From positions 17,068 through 81,067 of the forward strand of contig NIVC01003162.1 in the NCBI GenBank assembly GCA_002269645.1: 64,000 nucleotides of DNA, given 5' to 3'. This document shows, piece after piece, positions 42,806 to 55,115 of this stretch (its first letter is position 1; each line of letters opens with the position of its first letter). Below the pieces are notes generated by a model. The model was not told the DNA's origin and did not search any database. It saw nothing but the letters and a program-made list of their open reading frames with translations. The position numbers and the translations under genes were made by a program. The stretch is from Macrostomum lignano (taxonomy: Eukaryota).

Positions 42806-42815
42806 GTATTTAAGC
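42806..42815 (+). promoter_or_regulatory. TATA-like box upstream of the small secreted-protein gene
   Basis: gTATTTAAgc ~100 nt before ATG 42907 in GC-rich context. Confidence 0.35.
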
Positions 42816-42906
42816 TGCGGCACGGGCCGCCCCAGCTGCCCTTACGCCACCAGCTCAGCCGGCACCAGCTCAGGCGCAACACTCGACAGCTACTCTCGAA
42901 CCCGAC

Positions 42907-43326
42907 ATGCCGACTGCCGCGCACTGCCGCCAGCCGCACCAGCCGCCGCCGCTGGCCCTGCTACTGGCTCTGCTATTAATTTGCCTGGGCGCCCAGCTGC
43001 CAAAAGCGGCGGCGCAGAACGCCGAGGTCGAACGAATCTGCGGCCAAAATCCGTTCGAAAGGCTGAAGCAGATCGCCGAAAATATTCTGCAGAGAACTCT
43101 AACAGGCCGTGAGTAGCTGCTCAGGTTGCTAACCGATAATATCAAACAGCTTAAACTTCGCGTTGCTAACCCCGGCAGCCACTCCCTTTATTCCGGTAAT
43201 TTTGCAGCCGAGTTCCACATCCTGTTCAACCGGGCGCTTAGCGATCCGGAGAAGGGCCCGCGGCTGAAGGCTGCGGTCACCCGCTACCAGGAGTGCAGCC
43301 TGGGCGTGGAGAACAGCCACTTCTGA
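42907..43326 (+). CDS. Small secreted protein of unknown family (~106 aa)
   Basis: Exon 42907-43108 (signal-like LALLLALLLICLGAQLPKAAA/Q), 99-nt intron gtgagt 43109 to ttttgcag 43207, exon 43208-43326 in frame (EFHILFNRALSDPEKGPRLKAAVTRYQECSLGVENSHF*). Confidence 0.7.
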
Positions 43327-44379
43327 ACTGGTGGCGCAATGCTAACTGACTGAAATAGACACACCCGCACCTGGCCTACTCACCGGGCAGTGTTTAATCA
43401 AGCACCTCTTATTCACTCACCTCTTCCGGCACCAGTTTTGTGTTATTCAATTCAATTTTAATCGGGTCGCAACAGCGAAATACAAATTTGAGCTAGACAA
43501 ATTCTAGGACATGAGTCAACCTCATCTCAACCGGGTATCTGATTATAAACTAACAGCTTTTGAGCAAGCAAAATAAAAACAATTGAGAGGATGCGTCTGT
43601 TACCGTGATGGCTTTTTGCAATTATTGTTATCAGCTTGTAGAAGAAATCAGATTAGTTGCGAAGAGAGTCAAGCAACCCCACAGGCCGAAGGGATTGTGA
43701 TTGATTCTATGGAAGGTCTAATCATTGTGGCAATCACAATTTGTATTAGGCTATTATTAATATAGATAATTGGGCGAATGTCTGGTGGAGTGAGCCTGTT
43801 CATAATTAGTGTTATTGTAATGCACTTATTTAAATAAATAAGCAGAGCAAATGTGATTGAAGTTGCCAGTGAGATACACAAATATGCGGCCACATATAAG
43901 AGGGTTTTAGAGAGAAAAAATATCGACAAAGGAGCGGTTGGCAACTACATGTATCTACTGTCTAAGTTAATTTGAAGCAAAGAAGACAGACAGAAGCAGA
44001 AAAAATGATCGGAATAGCGTAGACTTCAAGTGTTCAGTAAAAATAAAACTTCAACAAATTAAAAACTAAGGCCTTCAATAATAGAAAATATCGAATATAG
44101 ATTAATTGGCCCAGCTTCACTTCACGCAATCCAGAAACCCGATAGGCCAAGGTAATAAAATTTAATCGATAATTGAGGCATCTGACCTAATTTCATGGTG
44201 GATGTCCTCGGCAGACCTCGCAAAGTGCAAAGCTAAATTTAGCAACAGAAACACAGCAAGAAAAAGTCGGTGTAACTAGGATTCCTGGTTCTCCGAATAC
44301 ATAATATTGCAGCGGGAACCCCCCACGCCTCCGTGCGTGCTTTTAACGTCGATTTCACTGCCACTATTTGACTGCCGAC

Positions 44380-45090
44380 CAAACCCCAACCACAACCAAA
44401 ACCCCAACCACAACCCCAACCCCAACCACAACCCCAACCACAACCACAACCCCAACCCCAACCCCAACCACAACCCCAACCACAGCCCCAACCCCAACCT
44501 CAATCACAACACCAACCATAATCACAACACCAAATCAAACACAACCCCAACCCCAACCACAACCACAACCCCAAACCAAACTACAACCCCAAACCAAACC
44601 ACAACCCCAACCACAACCCCAACCCCAACCACAACCCCAACCACAACCACAACCCCAACCCCAACCCCAACCACAACCCCAACCACAGCCCCAACCCCAA
44701 CCTCAATCACAACACCAACCATAATCACAACACCAAATCAAACACAACCGCAACCCCAACCACAACCACAACCCCAAACCAAACTACAACCCCAAACCAA
44801 ACTACAACCCCAAACCAAACCACAACCCCAACCACAACCCCAATCACAACACCAAATCAACCACAATTCCAACCACAACTCCAACCCCAGTCACAACATC
44901 AACCACAACCACAACACGAAATCAACCACAATTCCAACCACAACCCCAACCCCAGTCACAACATCAACCACAACCACAACACGAAATCAACCACAATTCC
45001 AACCACAACCCCAACCCCAGTCACAACATCAACCACAACCACAACCCCAACCCCAGTCACAACCCCAACCCCAACCACAACCGCAACCCA
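44380..45090. repeat. A/C-rich 6-bp-based repeat (aacccc/aaccac) with internal duplications
   Basis: Source of the PQPQ/TTPT/NPNH low-complexity ORFs. Confidence 0.92.
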
Positions 45091-45312
45091 AAAATAATCG
45101 GCAGTCAAAAGCCGGGCTCCCGATTTAGACAGGCCTAGCATTCAGAATTCCCTACGGAGAACTAACTTGACGATATGTTTAGAAAACCAATTTATCCCAA
45201 AGGTAGGCGAAGACAGCACCAACTTGAAGATTAATTACGAGCGTATAATTGACAATATAATGTAAGGTAGGCCACAGAACATCATCCTCTCCATTAGAAT
45301 CTGCGCTGGAAT

Positions 45313-48156
45313 TCAAAAGAACTCGGAGTCCGAGCTCTGGCTGGTGTCGCCTCCGCCTCCGCTGCGACCGGCAGCTCCGCCGTCCCGATGCGTTACGCCG
45401 CCATCGTTGTCGACCTCGGCGCTAACAGCGGCAGTGGCGGCTGCTCCGCCAGATGCGTCGCAGTCGTCTTCGTTGGCCTGCAGCAGCGAGGAGCGAGACC
45501 GGAGCAGCAGGCGGGAGAAGCTGGGGAACATGGCGGCCAGGAGCAGCTGCAGGCACTCGGCTGTGCGGGCCGAGCTGGCGCAGGCCAGAGCGGGTACGCC
45601 GCCTTCGGCGTCGGCGCAGAATAGGTTGGCCTTCTTGCTGATCAGGTGCTCAACAACGCCGGGCAGGCCGTTGCCGGCTGCCAGGTGGATTGGCCCTCGA
45701 CCAGCGCTGTCCAGCTGCGGCAGGACCAAGGCGAGTCAAGGCGTGCGGTTAGCGCGGGTGGCAACCGCTTGCAGCAAGAATTGAAGGTTGCTTAGGGATT
45801 TTGGGTCACTTGAGGACTCTGGGTCACTTGGGGATTTTGGGTCATTTGGGGACTTTAAGCCACTTAGGGACTTTGGGTCACTTGGGGATTTTGGGTCACT
45901 TGGGGATTTTGGGTCAGTTAGGGATTTTAGGTCAGTTAGGGACTTTAAGTCACTTGGGGACTTTGGGTCAGTTAGGGATTTTGGGTCACTTGGGGACTCT
46001 GGTTCACTTGGGGACTTTGGGTCACTTGGGGACTTTGGGTCACTTGGGGACTTTAGGTCACTTAGGGACTCTGGGTCACTTGGGGACTCTGGGTCACTTG
46101 GGGACTTTGGGTCACTTGGGGACTTTGGGTCAGTTAGGGACTTTGGGTCAGTTAGGGACTTTGGGTCACTTGGGGACTTTGGGTCAGTTAGGGATTTTAG
46201 GTCAGTTAGGGACTTTAGGTCAGTTAGGGATTTTGGGTCAGTTAGGGACTTTAAGTCACTTGGGGACTTTGAGTCACTTGGGGACTTTGGGTCACTTGGG
46301 GACTTTGGGTCACTTGGGGATTTTGGGTCAGTTAGGGACTTTGGGTCAGTTAGGGATTTTGGGTCACTTGGGGACTCTGGGTCACTTGGGGACTTTGGGT
46401 CACTTGGGGACTTTGGGTCAGTTAGGGACTTTGGGTCACTTGGGGACTCTGGGTCACTTAGGGACTTTGGGTCACTTGGGGACTTTGGGTCAGTTAGGGA
46501 CTTTGGGTCAGTTAGGGACTTTGGGTCACTTAGGGACTTTGGGTCACTTGGGGATTTTGGGTCAGTTAGGGACTTTAGGTTAGTTAGGGAATTTGGGTCA
46601 GTTAGGGATTTTGGGTCACTTGGGGACTTTGGCCTGTTTAGAATAGAAAAAACCTGACTCAATAGAGGATAGAATTGAAAAACAATCACTCCGACACTCA
46701 TCACTCACAGCATTGATGAGATCAGGATCCACTATCCGCTCCAATAGGAGAAGAGCGGCTCCCTCGTCGCTAGTAGAGCAGGCGTGATGCAGACAGGTCC
46801 TGCCGTCGGCGTCAACCACCGACACGGAGGCGCCGGCATCAAGCAACAGGCTGGTGGCAGCGGCGCGCGCCTTGCCGGCTGCCAGCAGAAGCGGCGTAGC
46901 GCCTTCAGCGTCGGCGACGTCAACGGTGGCGCCGTAGCGAAGCAGCAGGCTGGCAGCTTCGCAGTGATCGCCGTGCGCGGCGGCGTGCAGCGGGGTTCGA
47001 CCACGCGAGTCGCGTCCGTCCACCTGGGCGCCGGCCTCTAGCAGGAGCTCAACGCAGGTGTCGTGGCCGCGGCCGGCGGCGCAGTGCAGCGGGCTGTAGG
47101 AGTTCCAGGCGCGCCAGACTGGCTTCTGCTCTCCGAGGCTGGCGGGGCCGGCGGTGTCGGCGGATGCCGCTGCAGCAGCAGCTCGACGCAGCGCGTGAAG
47201 CCATGGTAGGCGGCGTAGTGCAGCGCCGAGTAGCCTTTGGCATCGATGCTGGCCGCAGCTTCGGGGTTGTTGCCGATGGCCGTGAGCAGGCGGTCGGTGG
47301 TGGCCTCGTGGCCGCAGGCGGCCGTCATGTGCAGCGCGTGGCGCTTTCGAAAATCGCGCGCCAGCGGATTGGCGCCAACTTTGATGAGTAGCTCAGTGCA
47401 GTCGTCGTGACCGTTGGCGGCGGCACGGTGCAGGGCGGTCCTCTCGTAGACGTCGGGCATCTGCGAATCGGCGCCTACCTTCAACAGCAGGCGGGCGGCC
47501 TCCAGGTGGCCGTTCTGGGCGGCCAGCATCAGCGGCGTGCGGTCGTGCGCATCGGCGCTGTCGATCAGCGGCCGGCCTCCGCGGCTCCACAGCATCGCCT
47601 GGAGGACGCCGACGTGGCCAGCAGCGGCGGCGTAGTGAAGGCCGTTCCAGCCGAACAGGCCGTCCACCATCTCCAGTGCGCAGCCGCTGCTGTCCAGCAA
47701 GGTCTTAACTGCGCCCAGGTGGCCCTGGTGGGCGGCCAGGTGCAGCGGCGTGCGGCCCTGCGGATCGGCGGCCGAATTTGCGGGACTCTCCGGGGCCAGG
47801 TGCTTGGCCAGGAGGCTCAACACCTCATCGTGGCCGTGATAGGCGGCCAGGTGCTGCGGGCTCGGCGAAGAGTTCCAAGCGGCCCGGAGCACGGTGGCCC
47901 TGGTGGCGTCCAGCAGGCGGGCGACGGTGTGCCGGCTGCCAGCGCGGGCGGCGAAGTGCAGCGGCAGCAGCGGGCCGAGCTCGGGGAATTCAGCCGTCTG
48001 GCACGGATCGGCGCCGTGCAGCAGCAGCTGATCGGACAGCTGCGGGTCGCTGGCGGCGGCCAGGTGCAGCGGCGTGAGGCCCTGCCTGTCCGCCTGGCCC
48101 GGCAGGGAGCCGCCGTTCAACTGAGGGGCGAAGACGGAGAGGCATAGGATTAACGG

Positions 48157-48209
<53 letters not shown>

Positions 48210-48214
48210 CACAC

Positions 48215-48252
<38 letters not shown>

Positions 48253-51200
48253 GGACAGACAGACGGCAGCTCACCAGAGTCACAGCCGCATTCCGATGCC
48301 CCTTGGCGGCGGCATAGTGCAGCGGAGTCCGGCCCACCGAGTCCAGGGCATTGGGATCGGCGCCCTTGCCTAGCAGATATTCGACGCACTCAACGCGCCC
48401 ACCAACGGCGGCCGCATGCAGGCAAGTTCGGCCGAATGCGTCAAGCCGGCCGATGGCCAGCGGCTGGGCCAGCGTGAGCCGCTGGACGCAGTCAAAATAG
48501 CCGGACAGGCAGGCAAGATGCAGCGGCGTGAGCTGGCTGGGCCCGACTGGCCGGTCAGGCGAGGCGCCGGCCTTCATCATCACGTCAAGGAAGAGGTCGT
48601 GGCCTCGCATCGCGGCGACGCTGAGCGGAGTGTAGCCGGAGGCATCGACAGAGTCGGGCACGGCGCCGGCGGCCAGCAGCGACTGGGCGCGAGTGAACCG
48701 GCCGTGAACAGCGGCCATGTGAAGTGGAGTGCGGCCCTCCAGGCAGACCGCGTTCACGTTGGCATCCTCGTGAATTAGCCAGTCTAGGCACTGAGCGCTG
48801 TGCGTGCCTGCAATGTAATGATTTGAAATGAAGGTGAGAAGGTGCTTCTTCTCAGGGTTGAACATACACTTAAGGGGGGTGGTCGGTGTTGCATGTACTC
48901 TAGGGAGGCTGGGTGGTCGGTGTCGCATGTACTCTAGGGAGGCTGGGTGGTCGGTGTTGCATGTACTCTAGGGAGGCTGGGTGGTCGGTGTTGCATGTAC
49001 TCTAGGGAGAGGCTGAGGTGGTCGGTGTTGCATATACTCTAGGGAGAGGCTGGGTGGTCGGTGTCGCATGTACTCTAGGGGGAGGCTGAGGTGGTCGGTG
49101 TTGCATGTACTCTAGGGAGAGGCTGGGTGGTCGGTGTTGCATGTACTCTAGGGAGGCTGGGTGGTCGGTGTTGCATGTACTCTAGGGAGAGGCTGGGTGG
49201 TCGGTGTTGCATGTACTCTAGGGAGAGGCTGGGTGGTCGGTGTTGCATGTACTCTAGGGAGAGGCTGGGTGGTCGGTGTTGCCTGTACTCTAGGGAGAGG
49301 CTGGGTGGTCGGTGTTGCATGTACTCTAGGGAGAGGCTGGGTGGTCGGTGTTGCATGTACTCTAGGGAGAGGCTGAGGTGGTCGGTGTTGCATATACTCT
49401 AGGGAGAGGCTGGGTGGCGGGTGTCGAATGTACTCTAAGGGAGGCTGGGTGGCGGGTGTCGCATGTACTTTAAGGGAGGCTGGGCAAAGGCCGCAGCACG
49501 CACCCGCAGCGGCCAGATGAATGGCAGTCTGTCCCAGCTGGTTCTGAGCCTCCAGCTCCACCCCGGCCAGCTCGGAGCACAGCTGGTCGTTGCCATTGAG
49601 GCAGGCCACGTGCAGCGGCGTGTTGCCCTGCAGGGTGGCCGCGTTGACGTCGGCACCCAGGTCGACCAGCTTGCGCGCGGCGAAGATATTGCCGCAGGCG
49701 GCGGCCGTGTGCAGCGGAGTGAAGGCCTGCTTATCGCGAGCGTTGATCTCAGCGCCGTGGCGGACCAGCAGGTCGATGAGATCCACGCTGCCGTTGTAGG
49801 CGGCCCAGTGCAGGGCGCGCCGGTCGCGCTTGTCGAATGCGTTGACCATGTCCGGCGAGCGGGACAGCAGAAGCTCGGCCACTTCCGGGTGGCCGTTGAA
49901 TGCGGCATGGTGCAGCGCCGTGTGGCCAGCCCGATCGCTGACGTTCGGATTAGTCAGATGAGGCAATAGAAGCTGGGCGCACTCAACCGCATTGTTGGCG
50001 GCGGCCACGTGCAGCGGGGTCTGCCAGTTGCGATCGCGGCATTGGACCTCGGCCTGGGCATTGGGAAGGCATTGGGGCGGCTAAGAGGTTGTCTATGGGC
50101 TAAGCTGTGCGGCCTCGGCTGCGATCGATAGTTACTTGGACTCGCTTATGAGTGATTTATGATCCTTTTTAAAACACTTTTGCCTAAATTTATGAGCGTA
50201 ATTGTAGTTGTTTGGCATCATTTATAAGCGGTTTCCGAGTGGTTAAGCTATATTTATGAGCGATTCATAAGTTTCAGCATCATGTATGAGTGATTTTTAT
50301 TGTATTTTGCCTAGTTTATGGGCGCTTTCTAGCGGTTATTTCTCATTCGTTAGCGTTTATTAAATTTTTCATTGATGGTCTTATTGGCGAGCAATGAATG
50401 GCTCAACTGCTTCAGGTCTCATTGGTGAGCTATGGCTAAACTGCTTCAGGTCTCATTGTGATGAATGGCTCAACTGCTTCAGTTCTCATTGGTGAGCAAT
50501 GGCTCAACTGCTTCAGGTCTCATTGTGATGAATGGCTCAACTGCTTCAGGTCTCATTGGTGAGCAATGGCTCAACTGCTTCAGGTCTCATTGTGATGAAT
50601 GGCTCAACTGCTTCAGGTCTCATTGTGATGAATGGCTCAACTGCTTCAGGTCTCATTGGTGAGCAATGGCTCAACTGCTTCAGGTCTCATTGTGATGAAT
50701 GGCTCAACTGCTTCAGGTCTCATTGTGATGAATGCTCAACTGCTTCAGGTCTCATTGATGAGCAATGGCTCAACTGCTTCAGGTCTCATTGGTGAGCAAT
50801 GGCTCAACTGCTTCAGGTCTCATTGTGATGAATGGCTCAACTGCTTCAGGTCTCATTGTGATGAATGGCTCAACTGCTTCAGGTCTCATTGGTGAGCAAT
50901 GGCTCAACTGCTTCAGGTCTCATTGTGATGAATGGCTCAACTGCTTCAGGTCTCATTGTGATGAATGGCTCAACTGCTTCAGGTCTCATTGGTGAGCAAT
51001 GGCTCAACTGCTTCAGGTCTCATTGGTTGTTGCAATGTCAGTCTCATCGGTATATTTTAAAGATATTTTAGCCAAAGAACACTGATAAAATGTGTTTTCA
51101 TAACGGGCGGGAATAGGTCACAGCTCCACACCCAGTTGGAGAGAGTGAGTTCGCAGATTGACAGGTAGAGATGAGGATAGAAAGAATGAAGAGTATCAGC

Positions 51201-52788
51201 GATCCCGCATATTCAATATGCCAATACTGAGGCTGACGAATACACAACGGGTCAAGCAGTTTTACTGCAAGTTTTCAACCCCCTCAATCCATCTGTGTAT
51301 TCAGCCAGCATTTTGTGAGAGCGCCTAAATTTAATGGACACAGGGAGGCTGCAGGGACGAAAAGCCAATTAGCAGTCAGTTGGCGTAGGATCGCTGCAGA
51401 GGACCTAAGCTATCTATCCAGCCTTCGGATAGCTCATTAAATATTTATGATCTCGACGCGAACGGGAAACGCATCTCTTGGCTTGTTAAGTTTCTAGGAA
51501 AAATTGATTGGGGGTCTGTTTTGAATTTGATTTTTTTGCATTGCTATTCGTGTATGGCCGTGTACTTTTATTGAGCACTAAAGTTAATTTGTTTGATATA
51601 TTTGACAGGGCAAGCACCGGAGGGCAAACACCGGAGGGCAAACAAAGGAGGGAAAACACCGGAGGGTAAACACCAGAGGGCAAACACCGGAGGGCAAACA
51701 AAGGAGGGCAAACACCGGAGGGCAAGCACCGGAGGGCAAACACCAGAGGGCAAACACCGGAGGGCAAACACCGGAGGGTAAACACCGGAGGGCAAACACC
51801 GGAGGGTAAACACCAGAGGGTAAACACCGGAGGGTAAACACCAGAGGGTAAACACCGGAGGGCAAACACCAGAGGGTAAACACCGGAGGGCAAACACCGG
51901 AGGGTAAACACCAGAGGGCAAACACCGGAGGGCAAACACCAGAGGGTAAACACCGGAGGGCAAACACCAGAGGGTAAACACCGGAGGGCAAACACCGGAG
52001 GGTAAACACCAGAGGGTAAACACCGGAGGGCAAACACCAGAGGGCAAACACCGGAGGGTAAACACCAGAGGGCAAACACCAGAGGGCAAACACCGGAGGG
52101 CAAACACCAGTGGGCAAACACCGGAGGGCAAACACCAGTGGGCAAACACCCGAGGGCAAACAAATCCTGCTTAATATAAATAATAGGGCAAAACTGAACT
52201 TAATCTTTGATTCGATCTCTTTGGAATGCGATTCAATACCAGATTTTGCACCGCCACTGTCTCCATTGTCATTGTCCCAATGGGTTCGCGTTCACTCCAC
52301 AAACTCCAGATTTCACAAACGGTTTCTCTCATCGATTTCAGTTCGTTCGTGGCCAAATTAATAATTAAAGCAGGGAATGTTTATTTTTTTTGACGATATG
52401 AGAAGGCCATGGCCGCCAAATCTTCAATCCCACTAAAATACTCGCTGAAGTGTGCACAGACCTGATGATCAAGCAGCACCTGAACGCATCTGGCAGACTT
52501 GCTAGCGCAGGCTCGATGCAACGGCGTGTACCACTTGCTGTCCTTGCAGTTAACCCTGGCCCCGGCGCACAGCAGCAAGCTGGCAATCTCGGGCTCGTCC
52601 AGGTGCGCGGCCGCGTGCAGCGCTGTCCTCTTCTCGGCGTCCTGGGCGTTGATCTCCTCGCGCTGGGCGGACAGAACGCAGCGGACGCCGTCAGGATTGC
52701 TGGCGAACGCCTCCTGAATGAGCTCCGGCGCCGCGTCCAGCTTCAGCATGATCAATTGCGGTCGGTGGCGCTCGGCGGGGGATGACAT
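45313..52788 (-). CDS. ANKRD28/44/52: PP6 regulatory ankyrin-repeat subunit (ANKRD28/44/52 family), with one apparent frameshift in exon 4
   Basis: Exons 52788-52462 (EKRTALHAAAHL...DSKWYTPLHRACAS), 50053-49504 (RDRNWQTPLHVAAANNAVECA), 48807-48275, 48120-46709, 45714-45313 (PALACASSARTAECLQLLLAAM...SDSEFF*). Repeat order follows the family throughout. Exon 4 is 1412 nt (3n+2), with a frame switch near 47110-47175. Confidence 0.92.
45790..46630. repeat. 18-bp minisatellite (tgggtcacttggggactt / tgggtcagttagggactt), ANKRD intron 4
   Basis: Two interleaved unit variants carrying TTGGGG or TTAGGG. Confidence 0.96.
48157..48265. repeat. (GACA)n microsatellite, ANKRD intron 3
   Basis: Direct observation. 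Confidence 0.95.
48875..49480. repeat. 34-36-bp minisatellite (gggtggtcggtgttgcatgtactctagggagaggct), ANKRD intron 2
   Basis: Tandem array filling most of the intron. Confidence 0.95.
50390..51025. repeat. 33/34-bp minisatellite (atggctcaactgcttcaggtctcatt...), ANKRD intron 1
   Basis: Two unit types, partly arranged as 33+33+34 = 100-bp blocks. Confidence 0.94.
51610..52162. repeat. 14-bp minisatellite (aaacaccggagggc), ANKRD intron 1
   Basis: Tandem array. Confidence 0.95.
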
Positions 52789-53074
52789 GAAGCGTAAAGG
52801 GAACAAAGCTTAATAATACAATAAACAGACACAGCTATGCACCAGTTTACCTTCAAGTGTTATTAAACTAATTTGGGTTCAATTCAAACTACCTGAACTT
52901 CAATTGAGACACGAAAGAATGCATTTGGATGGTTATTGCGGAAATTCAATTCAGACTCAACTCTCTATTCTATAGGCTAAATTGTCGTATATATTCTGAC
53001 AGCTTATGGCTAAAACTGATTTTGAGCGACTGGATAGAAGTTTGAAACAAACAGACAACCGCTACACTTTTGAA

Positions 53075-53651
53075 AAGCTCATTCTTGTTGTTTTATCTTT
53101 GGCTGAGACTGCAAGACGTTTAATTAATTCCGACACTTCAGTCAGACTGGGGCTTGGCATGGCTGCACTTAAACTGGTGCACTTCGACACCCTACCTCTG
53201 CCGTGCCCAGTTTTCTCTCCCTACTATCACTGTGTACCCCATCCCTCGTCTCTTGTCTGCGATTGGCTGAGCCAGGGTAGTGTGAAAGTCTTACGCCTGA
53301 CCTTGGTCAGCCCTCTTGTCTTCTCCACCCCTCCCCAGCCTTTTCTTTACCCCACGCGTCGCGCTCAGCCCTAGCCCCGCAGGCGGCGTCCAGTGATTGG
53401 CTGTTGTCTCTGTCTCTCTCCCTTTCTCGCTCTACCTCCCCCTTATTTAAAAATTGCGGCTCAGCCAATCACAGACAGTGACGGGGGATGGGGTACACAG
53501 TGATATTAGGGAGAAAACTGGGCATGGCAGAGGGGGTGTCGAAGGGAACCAGTTTAAGTGAAGCTATGCCAAGCCTCAGTCTGACTGAAGTGTCGAAATT
53601 GATTAAACATCTTGTAGTCCCAGCCATAGATAAAGCAACAGGAATAAGCTT
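53075..53651. repeat. Long imperfect inverted repeat (~195-bp arms, ~185-bp spacer); fold-back/MITE-like
   Basis: 53075-53273 matches the reverse complement of 53458-53651 (e.g. cgacacttcagtcagactg, tatcactgtgtaccccatcc, gattggctgagcc) with scattered mismatches. Confidence 0.85.
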
Positions 53652-54309
53652 GCTTGGATTGACTAAGAATTCTCGATTTTTTGTGGAAGTTTGTGTGTTT
53701 TGTTTGAAACTAGTCTCTTTTGAAAGGCAATGTTTGTCGGAATCAAATGCACATCCTACCGACCGCTACCATAAACTATCTGAACTGAATCAAAGACAAA
53801 AAAGTTGATTTCCGTGTTTGATTGGACGTTGATTTTTAAAATGAGCCTTTAGCCGAGAGCAAGTGAAATTACGAGTATTGTGCTTTATGTAATAGGGCAA
53901 ACCGAAGCAAAACACGGTGTCTATGGATTGTCTTTAAGTTGTCACTTACACCCAGTCCTAAACCAACTTCGTGGCTGTAGAAAAGCTATGGCTAGAACTA
54001 ACGATGTTGATTTTGACATGCAATGTTAGTAAACGGACGTCTAGACTTTCAATAAATGACCCCAGTGTTTTGTTAGACTGAGAGAGCCAGCATGATTAAA
54101 AAAGCGACTTTGCAATTTTGCACGGAGATCAACTCGTTTAAAATGAAAATTACAGGTTTGGGTGTTCTCTGGTCCCGAGGGCCACATGCCGCCTGCGAAG
54201 CCTCTATCCGGCCCTTGGGTCCTTTGAAACTTCACAATAGCAGCCCGGCCAGATCAATGTTTGTGCTCTCTTATTTCCTCTCTCCTTTTTTATTCTCTCT
54301 CATTTCTCA

Positions 54310-55115
54310 TATCTACTCTCTAGCCTCTCCTCTCTCTGTCCATTCTAGCCTTCCCCTTTTCTCTCTAGCTTCTCCGCTCTCTATTCTGTCTTCTCTAGCC
54401 TCTCCCCTTTCCTCTCTAGCCTCTCCCTTTTTCTCTCTAGCCTCTCCCCTTTCCTCTCTAGCCTCTCCCCTTCTCTCTAGCATCTCCCCTTTTCTCCCTA
54501 GCCTCTCCCCTTTTCTCTCTAGCCCCTCCCCTCTCTCTTCTCTCTAGCCCCTCCCCTTTTCTCTCTAGCCTCTCCCCTTTTCTCTCTAGCCTCTCCCCTT
54601 TTCTCTCTAGCCTCTCCCCTTTTCTCTCTAGCCTCTCCCCTTTTCTCTCTAGCCCCTCCCCTCTCTCTTCTCTCTAGCCCCTCCTCTCTCCTCTCTAGCC
54701 CCTCCTCTCTCCTCTCTAGCCCCTCCTCTCTTTTCTCTAGCCCCTCTCCTTTTCTCTCTAGCCCCTCCCCTCTCTCTTCTCTCTAGCATCTCCCCTTTTC
54801 TCTCTAGCCCCTCCCCTCTCTCTTCTCTCTAGCCCCTCCTCTCTCCTCTCTAGCCCCTCCCCTTTTCTCTCTAGCCCCTCCCTCTCTCTTCTCTCTAGCC
54901 ACTCCTCTCTCTCCTCTCTAGCCCCTCCCCTTTTCTCTCTAGCGCCTCCCCTTTTCTCTCTAGCCTCTCCCCTTTTCTCTCTAGCCCCTCCCCTCTCTCT
55001 AGCCCCTCCCCTCTCTCTTCTCTCTAGCCCCTCCCCTCTCTCTTTTCTCTAGCCTCTCTCTCTTTCTCTCTAGCTTCTCCGCTATCTATTATCTGTCCTC
55101 TCTAGCCTCTTCCCT
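54310..55115. repeat. Pyrimidine-rich ~20-bp repeat (ctctctagcctctcccctttt)
   Basis: Tandem low-complexity array. Confidence 0.92.

Noticed and set aside
43114-43116. In-frame TAG suggesting stop-codon readthrough between ORFs 42907 and 43126
   Set aside because: The stop lies inside a canonical 99-nt intron (43109-43207) whose removal joins the frames.
44307-46704. Mucin-like PQ/TP ORFs and SDPKSP/GHLGTL collagen-like ORFs
   Set aside because: Frames of simple arrays; the second lies inside ANKRD intron 4.
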